A stretch of 64,000 nucleotides of DNA from the NCBI GenBank assembly GCA_001179505.1, contig CDMY01001045.1, positions 124,001-188,000 on the forward strand, read 5' to 3'. This stretch comes from Vitrella brassicaformis CCMP3155. Taxonomy: Eukaryota; Protista; Chromerida. A program made the position numbers and the translations under genes. Positions 12,673-25,669 of this stretch are shown here, one piece after another (position 1 is the stretch's first letter; the number at the start of each line of letters is the position of its first letter). The notes under the pieces were generated by a model. It was given only the letters and a program-made list of their open reading frames with translations, was not told the origin of the DNA and did not search any database.

Positions 12673-15133
12673 TTACGTTGCCAGATTCATCTTCATGGTG
12701 GCAACAAACGGATCTTGCAGAAGGTCAGGAGTGAGTTTGTTGGGCCTGCGGAGTCGGCGCATGCACGCAGGCATAGTGACGACTTTGTGTGTGGCTGCCT
12801 TTGTTGCGGGGTCGATAGTGTGAGAGGCTACGTACATGTACCTCTTTTCGTATCTCATGATGCCGGCTTTCATTGCGACATCTGCATAAGGATGCTGCAT
12901 GCCCTCTTGGACCTTGACCAACACTGAGAATTGGATCAACAAACAAATACGCGAGGAAGTGCGTGTCAAAGTGTGGGTTTGTCTGGAGATCGACGCACCT
13001 GATATGAGCTCTGCAAGTCGGCACATGAGGGCCCCCGCACCGTACCGCGGCTGCTGCGTGCCAAAGATGACGTAGTTCTTCTTGCCCGGCATGAACGCGC
13101 CCTAAACACAAGTGCCGGATGAAGGCGTGTGTATGCATTGGCTGCACTCTACCTACCTCAATCAGTTTCGGTACGCCGGCATCCCAGTAGGTGAGTGTTG
13201 GCTCACATAACGGGTAGGTCAGGTGGTAGCCTGCAGTGGACACACGTACACCAGATGAGCACTCACAACATGTCAACGAACAAGCGTCGGTTGCCCACGG
13301 CAGTGTGTGCGCTGTTCACTTGCTTACCAGTGGCACAGACGATCATGTCAACGGTGATGGTTTTGCCATCCACAAACGTCACCTCCTTGCCTGCAGAAGG
13401 ACACACAAACGTCCACATGAATATGCATCTCCACACGTGGATCCCTCACGTACCGTCAACGGATTTGACGCCGGGGTGAGGGATGATGCGGCCAAGCTTC
13501 AGATAGTGCAGGAATGTGTCGTGGATCGTGGGATGCAGCTCGTACAGATCATGGTCGGGCTTCTGCAGACCGTATGACCGATAATCCTGCACATAACATA
13601 TGTACAACACACACACAGCAAGAGCTAAAGCCCGTTGGTACACCCACACAGTCTGTGCGCTGTTTTTCGACTCACTCACCCCGACAGCGATTCGCAGCAG
13701 CCATTTGGTGTACCTCCTGACGAACCACGTCGGCCACCAGGGCGTGATCAGCCTGCCAAGTGGCAGGCCAAACCCCGTCCGTGGGAGGATCCAGTGACCC
13801 CTGATGCGATGCGCACCGCACAGCCGCATGACAAGCACACGCACGTCGGCGTGGCGTGGCATGCATCAAACCATCCGCATGGATGTAGGCACATACGTAC
13901 CGCCTCAGTGATGCATGTGCCTCCGCGGCCACTTGTGCAGCGTCGGCGTTGACGTCCATGGCTGAGTTGCCGCCACCCAGAGTGAGGACCCGCTTGCCTC
14001 GCAGCTGCTCCCGCGTCTTGTAGTCCTTCGAGTGAATCATCTCGCCACTGAACGTGCCTGTACACGCAGTGGTCGTCTAGCATTCCCCTCGCTGCCTCCC
14101 TCCTTTGCTACCTTCGAGCTTTGGCCATCGTCTGTTCCTGTGGTGTCCCGTGCACACGATGACCCCCTTGTAGACGTGCTTCTGCGGCGAAACGGCCTCC
14201 CCTTGGTGGCCGGCCGTCTTGGTCTTGATGGTGACGGTATAGGAATTCCCGCACCCATCGTTTGGCGCGATGTGCTCAACCTCGGTCTCGAGCCTCACCA
14301 TCGGCAGGACGCCCCAGTGGGCCGCATAGCTCTTCAGATACGCAAGCATCTGCACAGGCAGACAAACGAACATCACGAATCTACTGGGAGGCCCATGTGT
14401 GTGTGTGTGTGTGTGTGTGTGTCTTGGGTGCCATGGACGTGCCTGCGCTTTAGATGGGAACTCCGGGTAGTTTTTTGGCATGGGGTAGTCTTTGTACTCC
14501 GTTTCAAGACGACTACTAATGATGTGGACGTCGTTGTACACCTGCAGACATACATACACACATACAAACGGAGAGGGGCAGACATCCATATGTGGACAGA
14601 CAGGTGAGGTCGGTGCTGCCTTGTCTCACTCCGTTGAACCAGTTGCCGCCGATCTCCTCATTGGCATCCACAATGTCGATGGGGATCCCGTGACGCTTAA
14701 ACGACGCACCTACTGCCAACCCACTGAACCCTGTACAGGCCACACACAGACACACAAACTAGCAATGAGTAGATGGCGCTTGCAATCAGTCCCATGTTCC
14801 CTCCGTGCTTCTGTCTGCGCCTTAATTACCTGCGCCCACAACCAGAATCTTCTCCTCCGTTTTGTCGACCTTCGCGGCCCTGGCTATCCTCTCCTCGTCA
14901 TACACCACCTGAACAATCGCACACACGTAACGCATGTTTAAAATACGCAGACTCCGATTGAAGAAGAGCTGTCTGCTTACGTTTATCAGCTTGCTGGGAT
15001 CGGCCGTCCTGGACCAGAAGAGCCACCAGCCGACACAGAAGAGCGTCGTCAAACCAACAACAGCCAAGATGACAAGGCGCACCACATCAAGCGACGGGCT
15101 GGCGGGGTCAAACAAAGCTGTCACGTCCATCAT
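12673..15133 (-). CDS. Flavin-containing monooxygenase (class B FMO) with N-terminal membrane anchor
   Basis: FAD motif ILVVGAGFSG, EIGGNW, FMO fingerprint FSGEMIHSKDY (FxGxxxHxxxY), NADPH motif VLTLGGGNSAMD, and VDMIVCATGY. Hydrophobic N-terminal helix VVRLVILAVVGLTTLFCVGWWLFW. Confidence 0.93.
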
Positions 15134-15177
15134 CGCCGCATGGGAGATGCGCACGTCAAGCTCGCAGGAAAGCGGAA

Positions 15178-15200
15178 CCGCCTAGGGTGCTCCATGAAAC
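15178..15200 (+). promoter_or_regulatory. Shared upstream motif copy 2, inside a ~110 bp bidirectional promoter
   Basis: Lies between the divergent FMO start (15133) and membrane-protein start (15243/15249). Near-identical to 3028-3050. Confidence 0.35.
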
Positions 15201-15242
15201 TGCTGCTGCTGCAACGGACCGGTCCCCCCAAAAACGACGGTC

Positions 15243-17575
15243 GTGGAAATGTCCAACGCGCTGACGGTGAAAGGCGAGGCTGTGAGACCGCCTCAATCAC
15301 CTGGGGATGAATGTGTACATCAACCAGCCGCTCTCTCGACCTTCTCGTCCAATCTCTCGTCCTCAGTCAGCCTCCCGGGCCCACAACAGCACGACGTTGA
15401 ACAGACAAACAACACAGCACCTGGACCAAGCGACCACATCACAACCACAACACACGGCGACAGCGAAAGACACCACGAAAGACGGAACACGATTACGTCA
15501 ACCATCGGCACAACCACAACTGGCACAGGCGACACGAGAGATTCGGCCTCTGGCCGTGGGCTGCGTCGTGAGGAGCGTATTCTAGCGGATTTGGTCCATG
15601 ACTTCAGGGAGGCGGCAGGCTACGAGGCTAGTTTTGAAGAGTGGCCGACCACACTTGAGTATAAAACGATGCATCACCCCGACGGCAGCACAACAGAGGT
15701 GTTTGTCGGTGCAACTTTTGAGCCCGAGCCGTGCATGATGACCTTGAGGCGAATTTCTGTGGCTCTACTTCAGCAGTCAGCAATTGCTCTCGCCATTGCG
15801 ATCGTCCTCGTCTGTTGCACTCTAATGTTCACCCATTGGTGTATGTCGGTATTTGGCATCCTTCGCCTCATTATAGATACTCTCGCGCTGCTGCTCCTGC
15901 TCGTGCTCGTCACAGATGGGACCGACCGGCGAAGAATGATAGTGCGGCTGAAGAAAGAGTGGCTCGTCTTTCTTCCGTTATTGGCGCTCGACGTGGCGCT
16001 CGGTCTGTTGATCTCTATTGGTCGTGGGCTCCATTTCGACACCCAAGAAAGAAGAAACATCATCATTCCGATTTACTGGAGCTCATCTTATGCGGCTATA
16101 TTTGTGTACGTCTGGCGCGTTGCGGGTTCGTTGAATATTAGGGCCAGACGAGAGTATGTTATGAAGGTCACGGCAGCTGTCACGATGGCGCTGACTATGA
16201 TAATAATATGGAGCGTTGCTCTCTCGCCACGATTTGCTGCTGCATCATCCACTGACAGGGACCGATTCTGGATGGCTGTCATATATCTCGCAGTCTTCAT
16301 GCCCGCTATCGGACTTGTCAATAAACTCGTGCGGTCGCTCAAAGTACGAACTGACTAACAGAGCCAATTAAGAGACAGCGGACTTCGTTTCTCATGATGC
16401 TATGTGTATCCAGGAGGGAGTTCCCACATGCAATTCGCTGCTTATAGCACTGCCTGCGATAGTCTATGTGCTCTTCCCACGTCAGTCACCTCTTCATGGC
16501 TGACACACGTACAATAGGGTGTGTGATGTTCCTGATCAGGCATGCTCCAAGCCGAGGCCGTGACGCTGAACAGCAAACTCTTCTATTCTGTTCTCATCTC
16601 AATCTTTGACCTGATCATGGACATTTCCTCCCCCTACTGTACGCGCCTCTGCCATGGACACATCAGTGAATTCTTGGTCAATTATGCTTGTCTCCTTCCA
16701 TGTATCAGCGATTCTACTTTATCTCTCGGCCCAGAAGTTTGTCAAGGCCCGGTGCAAGAGACGGACACTCACAGCTTATAGCTTCACTCACATCGCGGTG
16801 ACGGCGACCAAAGCGGAGGCGGTCAGTGGATCAGCCATGGGCAAGGACAACGACGCTACGAAGACCCAGCACAGAAAGAGAAAGAACAGTCATCTGCTAA
16901 GGCGTCAAAGCTCAATCATGACCACAGCGCTGTCTCTCGCTGCTCCAGTCGGAGGGCTGCAGTCGGCCTTGGTCTCACTCGAAGTGTCTCCAAGGTACCC
17001 GCGGCCACAATAGACTCAGACACCATCTACACAGTGTGCGCTTACGTGTGTACTCATTGCAGGTATCTACGTGCACTATCCGACCAGGTGAACATCTGGT
17101 CCACCTGTGAGTTGGTGGCCCTTTTGTTTACCAACCTGGCTGTACTCACGGCCCAAGCTTACGCAGGCGCGTCATGGGAGCAGCTTGTGGAGGGAGCCAT
17201 GGGTTTGGTGGTACTGGTGGCTATCGAGCAGCTATTCGAGCTGTGCGTGCTGTGTGTTTTGATGAGGTGGAACAACCTTCCCATGCTTTCGTCCAGGTCT
17301 GAGAAAGGCGTTCTTCGCCGTACAATACTGACATTGTTCCTGGTCGCCGGCTCCTGGTACGGCGCATTTATCGATCGGTTGCTCACTGCATTTGTATGTT
17401 TCTGTCTCTCTCTCTCTGTCCGTGTGTGTGTAGCATTTCCACGTGGCTGCCGTTCTTTTTGATGTCTCTGCTGCGCACCGTCAGCCGCACAGTTGCACAG
17501 CCCAGGGGTATCACACCTGAGCTAGAGTCGTCCGACCTGGCTGCTTACTGCCCACATTTCCTTCCTGTCACCTAA
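15243..17575 (+). CDS. Multi-pass membrane protein of unknown function, copy 2
   Basis: Exon 1 15243-~16343, then GT-AG-bounded exons (MLQAEAVTLNSKLFYSVLISIFDL; AILLYLSAQKFVKARCK; YLRALSDQVNIWSTCELVALLF...). Probable stop at 17575. Confidence 0.75.
15245..17046. repeat. Inverted segmental duplicate of 1-1800
   Basis: Direct base comparison with the reverse complement of 1-1800. Confidence 0.9.
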
Positions 17576-18874
17576 GAAGGAGCCGGGCTGCCAGCGTTGT
17601 GCTGATCATGAGTGGAGAGCTGTCTCGGAGAAGTCAGACACACAGAGCCGAGCAGAGTGAAGTGTGACATGCAAGGCGACCCGGCGCAATTGTTGGATTG
17701 GAATGAACATAGGGCTCGATCGGCTCCAGAAGCGTAGGCCATGGCCATGTGCAGGAATCCATAGATGGGCACATAGGAGAGAAGAAGCTGGGGATGTGGG
17801 GCATCTATGGGGCTTTACTTAAGTGAGACATGCTGAGTTTTTTTGAAAAGACTGCTCGTTGTCTCACTGTCTCTGTTCCGGGAGGTTTTTCGTTGGCTGC
17901 AGCGCGTAGGGCCATGCTCTTGTCCTCGTCATGTACCCTCTGCGAGATGACATTCACGCCAGCACATCATGCACGCCATCGCACGCACACCACAAGCAGA
18001 CAGACGGTCGCTCGACATTCACATATATGTATTTGACGACTGCGGCGTGCTGTCCTGCATGGCGTGAGTAGCACACGGGCTGCGGGCGAGAGGACAGCCG
18101 TCGACTGAGCACTTCGGAAAAAAAGAATCAATGGGTCAGAGGATTCTGAATCAATGGCGCACGGCAGGGAAATGGAGAGAAGAGCTTGACGGCTGCTGCT
18201 GAGAGATCTTTGTAGCACAGCGTCCAAATGTGCATTGCGATGGCTTGTTTTGGCGCTGCTGAGCTGGAGAGGGCGGCTGGGGCGGACTGGAAGAGGGCGA
18301 CGCAACATCCATTCATCGACGGCATCGGGGACGGCACGCTGCTGTTTTGGGAAAAGTTCAAGCAGCAGCGCCAAAACAAGCCAAGTGCACGTTTGGACGC
18401 TGTGCTACAAAGATCTGTCAGCAGCAGCCGTCAAGCTCTTCTCTGCACCATTGTCTGCTTCTCCATCCACTTAGGCTCGCAGCGAGGGGGTCCTGGGGGT
18501 TTCCCGTCTCGTGACGGAGACTTGCAGATAAATCGAGATTGCGTACGTGGTGTAAGAACCATGTTCGTCGGCAACGAGGCGCCCAGCCGGGCCAACAAGC
18601 GTTCAAAGAGGACAAACAAAGCCGCCAAAGGGGACGTGGCGTCTGGCCGGTTCTCTTGCGTGGCTGCGCTGGGCATGATACTGTGGATCTGCCTGTTCAT
18701 CTGCTGTGTGCTGGGTGAGCTCTCACTGAAGCAAACTGAATGAGCTCTCACTACGTGCAGCTCTTCATTGAATTGGTACGGCTGCCTGATTGTGAGTGCA
18801 TGCAGCTCTTGTGCTGAACAACTACGAGGAGGGCGAGGAGCTGGGGCTGAACATGAAGGGCGAAGAGACCTCAT
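17572..18874 (-). pseudogene. Possible degraded gene interrupted by a fold-back element
   Basis: Exon-like pieces (PLAALFVLFERLLARLGASL; RVHDEDKSMALRAAANEK; LLLSYVPIYGFLHMAMAY) that I could not join into a clean frame. Confidence 0.25.
18176..18444. repeat. Fold-back inverted repeat (~85 bp arms, ~100 bp loop) enclosing a TenA-like coding fragment
   Basis: 18176-18234 is the reverse complement of 18386-18444 (2 mismatches in 59). 18241-18261 is a perfect reverse complement of 18363-18383. The loop reads ELERAAGADWKRATQHPFIDGIGDGTLLFWEKFKQ on +. Confidence 0.85.
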
Positions 18875-18927
18875 ACATACAAGGCCCGGCCCGTGAAAAG
18901 TTCAAATATAGGCGTACGTGTCGCACT

Positions 18928-21900
18928 ATGAGGAGTGAGTCCTCATGTTAGGGTGTCGACGAATCATTTTTGTTGCGTTCGTGTGCAGTGCCCCAGAATG
19001 CTTTGCTTTTCAGCCTTGCCGCCGGCTGTTTCGCCGTCTTCACTGCAGCATATTTCGTTTCATTCATTCTCATACAGGGCAGAGGCCCGCCGCCGACCAT
19101 CACCCAGTCCCAGTATATTTATCGAGGCCTTAAGACCCATGCCTGGTCCTCCCTCCCGCCGCAGATAGCGGTGGGGTGCGTCTTGGCGGTGTTGGTGGGA
19201 TTCTCGTCGGAAGAAATAAAAAAGGGGACGGGGTTCGCATCTGGCGGTGCCTTTTGTGCCGGGGCTCTTCTCCTGCTTTTGAGCCAATTGTTGGGTCTCT
19301 GGACCGTTGCCAATGCCAATCTACGTGTCGCGAACGCTCTGGCGGGAGACAAGGGCCTGTCGGTCGGATTGCGCATTGCAACACGAGCCGGTGGGGTCTG
19401 TGGGCTTGTCTCACAAGCGTTTGCTCTGATGGGATGCGCTGTGCTGTACCTTTTCATTACGGATCTGGTGGTCCTCGTCGCGTGAGGAAGAGAAAGGAAG
19501 GAAATACAGCTGATTTCACCGCCATTCTACATTTCGATCGTATCCCCTGTTTGTGTTCAGCTTCGCGGCTGGAGGGTCTTACCTTGCATTCCTCATACGT
19601 GAGCAGAAGACTTATTGAGAGACACAAACCCGATCGCTTTTTCCTTCGCCTTTATGCAGGCGTTGGCGGAACAATCTTCTCGAGCGGCGCCAGGATTGGC
19701 GACGATCTTATTGGTGCCTCTGATGAGGTCAGCGCCCAACCAATGGTGGATTGTGATGTATCCACTGGCTGTTTCTCCTGGTTATGTTGTGTCTCCCTCC
19801 CTCCCTCCCTTGCTTGCTGGCCTTCAGTCTCGCAAGATGGAGGAGGACCGTATCTTTCAGCAGGTATGCACCCGATGACCCTCACGTATTTTGTCGTGTC
19901 ACCATTGCCCTGTCTCCATGTATGCCACAGCAAGTCATGCTCAAAAAGGCAGAAGAGGTCGGCCGCATCCCAGCCACTGACGCCCAAAATGTGTCTTTCG
20001 GTCGATACATTTCTCGCACTGTTATTCCTCCTTCAGGCTCGCCGCGAACGGCCCAAGCAGGGAGACGTGGAGGCACCAGTAAGTTTCGGGAAGTCGACTG
20101 CACGGCTTCTTTTTTGTCCTTTTTGCTTTGCTCAGGCTGACGACGACGACGACGACGAGGTTCAGGCAGGGTTTGACGGCAAACATCACCCCATAGAAAT
20201 GCTCCCATCGGTCGGCGGGAGCATTTCAGAGGCCTCGGGATCAGCTACGGATGCCTTTGAGAGCCTAAGCCTAGCGCTGGCCATCACTGCAATGGTCGGT
20301 GTCAAACACTTGGTCAATGATCCGGAAATGGGGGCAGCTCTTCCTTTCTGGGTAAGTTACCCGGAGAATAAAGAAGATGTGGCGCGCGCAATTTCGTGCC
20401 ATTCTACAGAGTCCGTTTTCGATCATCAGATTGCTGGCGGAGGTGTTGCGTCTTCTGCCCTTCTTTCCTTCGGTCTCATCGTGTTTGAATCTTCATCGGC
20501 TCGCATGCTTCGGCTGGCTCTTCGAGCGTCAAATATGCTGTGTGGAGCAGCGGTCGTCGGGGTGCCCCTCGCCGTGCTCCTTATCAAGCAGCATACTGAC
20601 AAAACAGTAAAAACAGGAAGTGGAAGAGCAGACAAACAAGAGACATGCCCCTGTCCTCTCTGCTGATGTTGCATGTAGAACATCGGCTTCACCCAAATTC
20701 TTCAGTTCGCTTTCTGCATTGGAGCTGGCGTGTTGGCGCCCGAGCTTAACTCCGTCATTTGTGAGGTCCTCACAGATATCCAGTCAGTGCCGTCGCGCAT
20801 AGCATCCATCGCTGAGCATGGAGGCCCAGTGCAAGTGCTGCTCTCCGGGACATCTTGTGGCTTCCTGGGGACAATTCTGCCGTCTTTGGTCGCCATGCTT
20901 GCTGTGACTGGTGAGACCTGACGACCAAACATACATAGGTCACAGCAAGCGGGTGCGTGCTTGCTTGCGTTATTCGCCATCCAGGTGCGTTTCACCTTGA
21001 AGGTTTCTATGGTGAGCGCCTGCATTCACGAGAGAATACGGGGGCTGTATCTGTTTGTTGTGCCCTCAGGCGTTGCCCTTCTGACAGTGGCCTCGCTGGG
21101 GGCCAGCCCCTTCTACGTGCGTACCAGCACACAACGCTGACTGACTCGACAGGCGACACATGCAAATGCTTCCATCGCATGTGTCAGGCCTCAATGGCGG
21201 CGTTTAGCGCCGTGTCCTCCAATGCGTATTTCTTGGTGCCCACAGTGGCGAGCACAGCAGGGGTGGGGGGCGGGAGGTCGTCAGGCAGGGCGAGACGGAG
21301 AGCCATCAAGATGATCGAACTCAGTGCTGCGACATCGCAGTCCGGTGAGTGCGCTGTTCCAGGGAGGACAGGCCTGCTGCTGGTTGGTGGCTGAGCAAGC
21401 CCGTCTTTCTCTGTTTTCTATAGGCAAGGTGGCCAGCGTCACTTCTGTTCTCTTCTTGGCTTTTTGTGTGAGCATCATCGTGCTGGCGGAGGCCCTTACA
21501 CGTGACAACCAGCAGCTGGCAACCTTTGTGGGAAGGCCGATTAGCGAGTTCAGCTTCATTGGTCTTTTTTCCGGGGTGTTTCTGCCTTTTGGGTTTGTGG
21601 GTGTGACGATGGCTGCTGTGTCGGGCATCGGGCATGAGTACGTGACGCATTGCAAGACGCAGCTGAAGGAGGACTCGCCCGACCGGATCGTGGCTCTTGT
21701 GCAGCGGCTGGTAGCGTTTGGTCAACATCGATCCTATGAGAAGGTAAGCCATTGCCGATGGAATCCGCGACAAGATTCCCATTCCTTAATCCAGGTTGCT
21801 CTCCCTCTGGTGGTGTCAATCGGAGCGCCACTCATGGCCGGGATGTTTCTCGGTGCACCTGGGCTCAGCATCTTTCTACAAGTGAGAAAGAGAGAAATAG

Positions 21901-23008
21901 TTGACAATTTCTCTCAAACGTCCTCCTCCTTCTCTCCGTCCTCCGACAGACGTGTGCCATCACAGCGTTTTGCCTGTCGACCTTTCTGACTGTCACGGCT
22001 TCCCTGTTTGAGTCTGCGAGAAACGTGAGCTATCCATACGCGACACACACAGGGAGGGAGGCAGAGAGTCAGGGAGAAGAAAGAAGCATCAGTGACAGAC
22101 ATCTGTGCGTTGTGTATGTGTGTATGTGTGTGTGTGTGTGTGTATGTATTAATGCAGTACATACTGTACGGCAATCTGGTCAAGGACGCGGATGCGTCAG
22201 GGAGAGTGGCCAGGGTGCAGCCCGGCGACCCGCCCTACAATGCACTCACTCTCGCAAGAGTGAGACTTACTTAGCAAGAGCTGCCAGAACATTGAGAGAG
22301 CACGGCATGGCGAGTCTGTGTACTGTGTGCGACAGTCGATTGGTGCTCCGATGGGTGACGCAAGTGGTCCGGCGCTGGCGCAACACGTCAAGCTGATACT
22401 CGGTAACCGCCTTACCAATCGGGCACGAAGGCGACACACGTTCTGCATCCACCCTGTGCTTCTCCTTCCCGTGGGCTGCAGTGTTTGGTGTGCTGTCTCT
22501 GGGACTGTTCAAGATAGACCCCGGGAAGACTTGGGAGTATGGGTTTGTGGCGGCAGCCGGGGTCGTGTTGTGTGCTTCGCTCATTGCAATCGTCTCGAGG
22601 TGGCTGGCACTAAAGAGAACACCCATCAAGTATGCTTCAATGCGCAGAAAACAACAACAACAACAACAACAAAAACATTTCTGGCCCATCCTTGTCTCTC
22701 TGTGTGTCTGTCAGCACCATGCTATCGAAGACAGAGTTGGATTACCATGACAGCCGCATAGAAGCCACCAAGACCGGTAAGAAAAAACATCAAGAGAGAC
22801 TTCTTTGCCATCGGCTGGCCCACGTGTGCGTGTGTGTGTGTGTCCCCGCTGGCTGGCCGCAGAAGCGATGTTGACGGAGCAGGGCGACGCCTCGCCGATG
22901 TCACTTGCTCGCGAGGGCGGCGCCTCGCCCCTGTACCGAGAAGCGACCCAGGCGACGGATGCAGCTGCTCGGTCGTTCCAACTTCACAAGAGCTCAGAAG
23001 AGATGTAA
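18928..23008 (+). CDS. Divergent membrane-integral H+/Na+-pyrophosphatase homologue, probably catalytically dead
   Basis: Helices align in order with V-PPase: LGLWTVANANLRVANA...GLRIATRAGGVCG, VGGTIFSSGARIGDDLIG, ICEVLT...SGTSCGFLGTILP, IGKVASVTS, GVFLPFGFVGVTMAAVSG, GAPLMAGMFLG, YGNLVKDA. The acidic catalytic motifs are substituted. Confidence 0.8.
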
Positions 23009-23132
23009 CACGGCCATGCAAATGTCTCTTGCTCGGCCTGATTGAAGTGTTGTAAGGCGCGACTCTCTGTGTGTGTCTCTGTGTGGTCCTGGGGACAGAA
23101 ATGCCAATCATTATGGTGTGTGATTGATTGCA

Positions 23133-25629
23133 TGTCAGTCTGTGTTTGTCTGTTTGTCCACACAAACAGATAAGCAAATGAGCTAGCTTTTCCATCCCTC
23201 TCTGTCTGTCCGCCCTGCACGCTGATCAGTCAGCTCTTCATTCGGTTGACATCTCATCAGACACCGCCCGACTGCATCATGTCGGACAGATCCACTCCAC
23301 ACGACACACGGCCGTCCACTCGTGAGTCACCACACACGATCCACGCCCTTCGCCTGTCTCACCGCATGGCCGTCGTCCGTCGGCCTGTTGATGACTTGCG
23401 GGACGTCATAAAACGACCTGCACGCACCAAGGACAATTTAGGCACTCACTCTGTGTGCGTCAGTCACATCGGCCGACATCATGACGACACTGACCGGCGC
23501 TGCTTCTTGTAGTTGTTGCGCCGCTCGTTCGTGCGCATTGTCGGGGGCCTGCTGTGTGTCTCGGCTTCGCTCTGCAGCAAGCACAATGACAGAAAGAAAG
23601 ACAGACAGACAGACAGACAAAGAGGTCAGATGCTGCCAAAGCAGCCAGCCTCTTCTCTCTCACTTTGTTTTCATTTGTCATTTTGGCGGTCTTGTGGTCG
23701 TGTCTGAGCATGACGTCATGCTCCTGAGCCACACACACAGAGAGCATCGCCTGTCTGTGTGTCTGTGTCTGCCTCTTTGTTTGTTTGGTGACTTGCTGTG
23801 CGGCGGCCAGACGTTTTTGCAGCGATTGCCACGTCGCCTCGTACTCGTGCTGCTCCTGCACACACATAGATGGACAGCACAAGCAGCGAGGATGGATGGA
23901 TGGATGGATGTGTGGGTCATGAAGTCAGACCTGTTGTGTCTTGTGGAGGTCGCAGGTCAGTTGAGAACTGTGGACATAGACCTGACAGCGAGAGAGACAC
24001 CGAATAAATGAATGAATGAATGAATGAGGCACACACAGAGACACACACACGCACTTGTCGCGTCTCCCGTCTGATCGATGCGATCCTCTCCTCAGCCTCA
24101 GCACACGCTGACACTCACACACACACACACGCACACACACCGATCGGTGAATGGGGAACTGAAGACGCAGAACAGCAGAGCAGTCGACCGACCAATGGAT
24201 GGATGTCTCGCCTGACCTTTCTTCATGTCTTCGACGTCCTTCCTGGCCGCTTCCTTTGCCCTCTCCAGCTGACCGCACTTGTCCACCGCGTCGACGTACT
24301 CGGCCCTGGCGTGCAGCTCGGCCACCGACAGATATCGGGCCGGCAGCGCCTTCAGCAAAAAGGACAGCTCAGCAAGCTGACGGGCCGTGTCGGCTGCCGT
24401 CATTGGCGAGATGTCATCGAGTGGGGCTGGCTGGTCATGCGGAGAGACACTCATTTGTGTGTGTGTGTGTGTGTGTGTAGTGGGCGGGCGACAGGCAGAG
24501 CGAGAGAGTTGTGTCTCGGCAGCACATCGATCGCATACATGTGTCTGTGTATTTATTGTACACCCGGCGAAAGAGGGAGGAAAGAGACTATGTATGCAGC
24601 AGAGCCGTACAGGCCAGTCATGGGTGTATTCATGGTTTGCAGAGTGAAATGTGCACGTGAGCAATATGCAGAAGGCAAAGCAGCAACGCGACAAGGTCAT
24701 TCCCAGCAAGGCGAATAATGCGAACAATCCCCAGCGCACACCACACGTGCAGTGCCTCCCACACACACTCGAAGCAAAAGAACGCAACAGGACGTCGAAA
24801 AGGTCGACAAAACACATGCAAGGCACGTATGCATGAAGGCGTGCAGCACAGCAAGGCCTACGAGTAAAGAGTGAGTGTGCAGCGACACTAGCTACATGAT
24901 GCCAGGCAGTGGCTGGGTGGGATGGGCTGCACGGCGTCGAAGATCTTGATCTCGTCCGCCCAGTGGAGGGCTGTGTGGGGGACAATTGTTTACTGGATGC
25001 ATCCTGAAGCCTTTAGTACAAGAGGTCTCTCTCACTCATTCATTCACACAGACACGTTGCGATAGCACCACTGTCCGTCTGTCCGTCCATGGATGATACT
25101 CATGTGTCTGTCTCGCTGTCTCGCGTGTCTGTGTTACTGTATGTGGTTGTGTGTGTCCCACCGCCGGCTGTGTAGATCTAGATGCCCTTCTCCAAATCCG
25201 TCAAACTGCACACACACGACACGACCCAACCAACCCGTCTCACAACTCGGCGTGTGTGTGGTTGAGTTGCTGTTTGGTGTGGGTGAGCTGCGCCGCGAGT
25301 GTGGACTCGACCTCACGCACACGCATCAGCTCGTCAGACAACTCACTCACCTACACGCACACAAACACATACAGCGAGAGAGAGAGAGGTGTCAATGGCT
25401 GTGTGTGCTGTCTGTGTGTCTGTTTGTGACCTTCTTGTTGTGTTGCTGCTGGAGTGGTTTGATTTGTGCGTGATGTTGTTTGTTGAGGCTGGCCATCTGT
25501 CGGTCCCTCTGGGTGCGCGGATCGTGGAGGGCCGCGGATGCATTCTCGATGAAGCTCTTCTCGTGCGCCTCCACGGCATCCGCCCGACAAGCCAACGAAC
25601 ACAACACACCCAACTCTGACATCCACACA

Positions 25630-25669
<40 letters not shown>

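Noticed and set aside
22649-22675. Poly-Gln-like (CAA)n tract in ORF 22481-22750
   Set aside because: Falls after a GTATGC donor, so it is intronic microsatellite.
12673-23008. FMO + TenA fragment + PPase-like gene as a metabolic gene cluster
   Set aside because: No shared pathway logic, and the TenA piece is only ~35 codons. Adjacency alone is not evidence in a gene-dense eukaryote.
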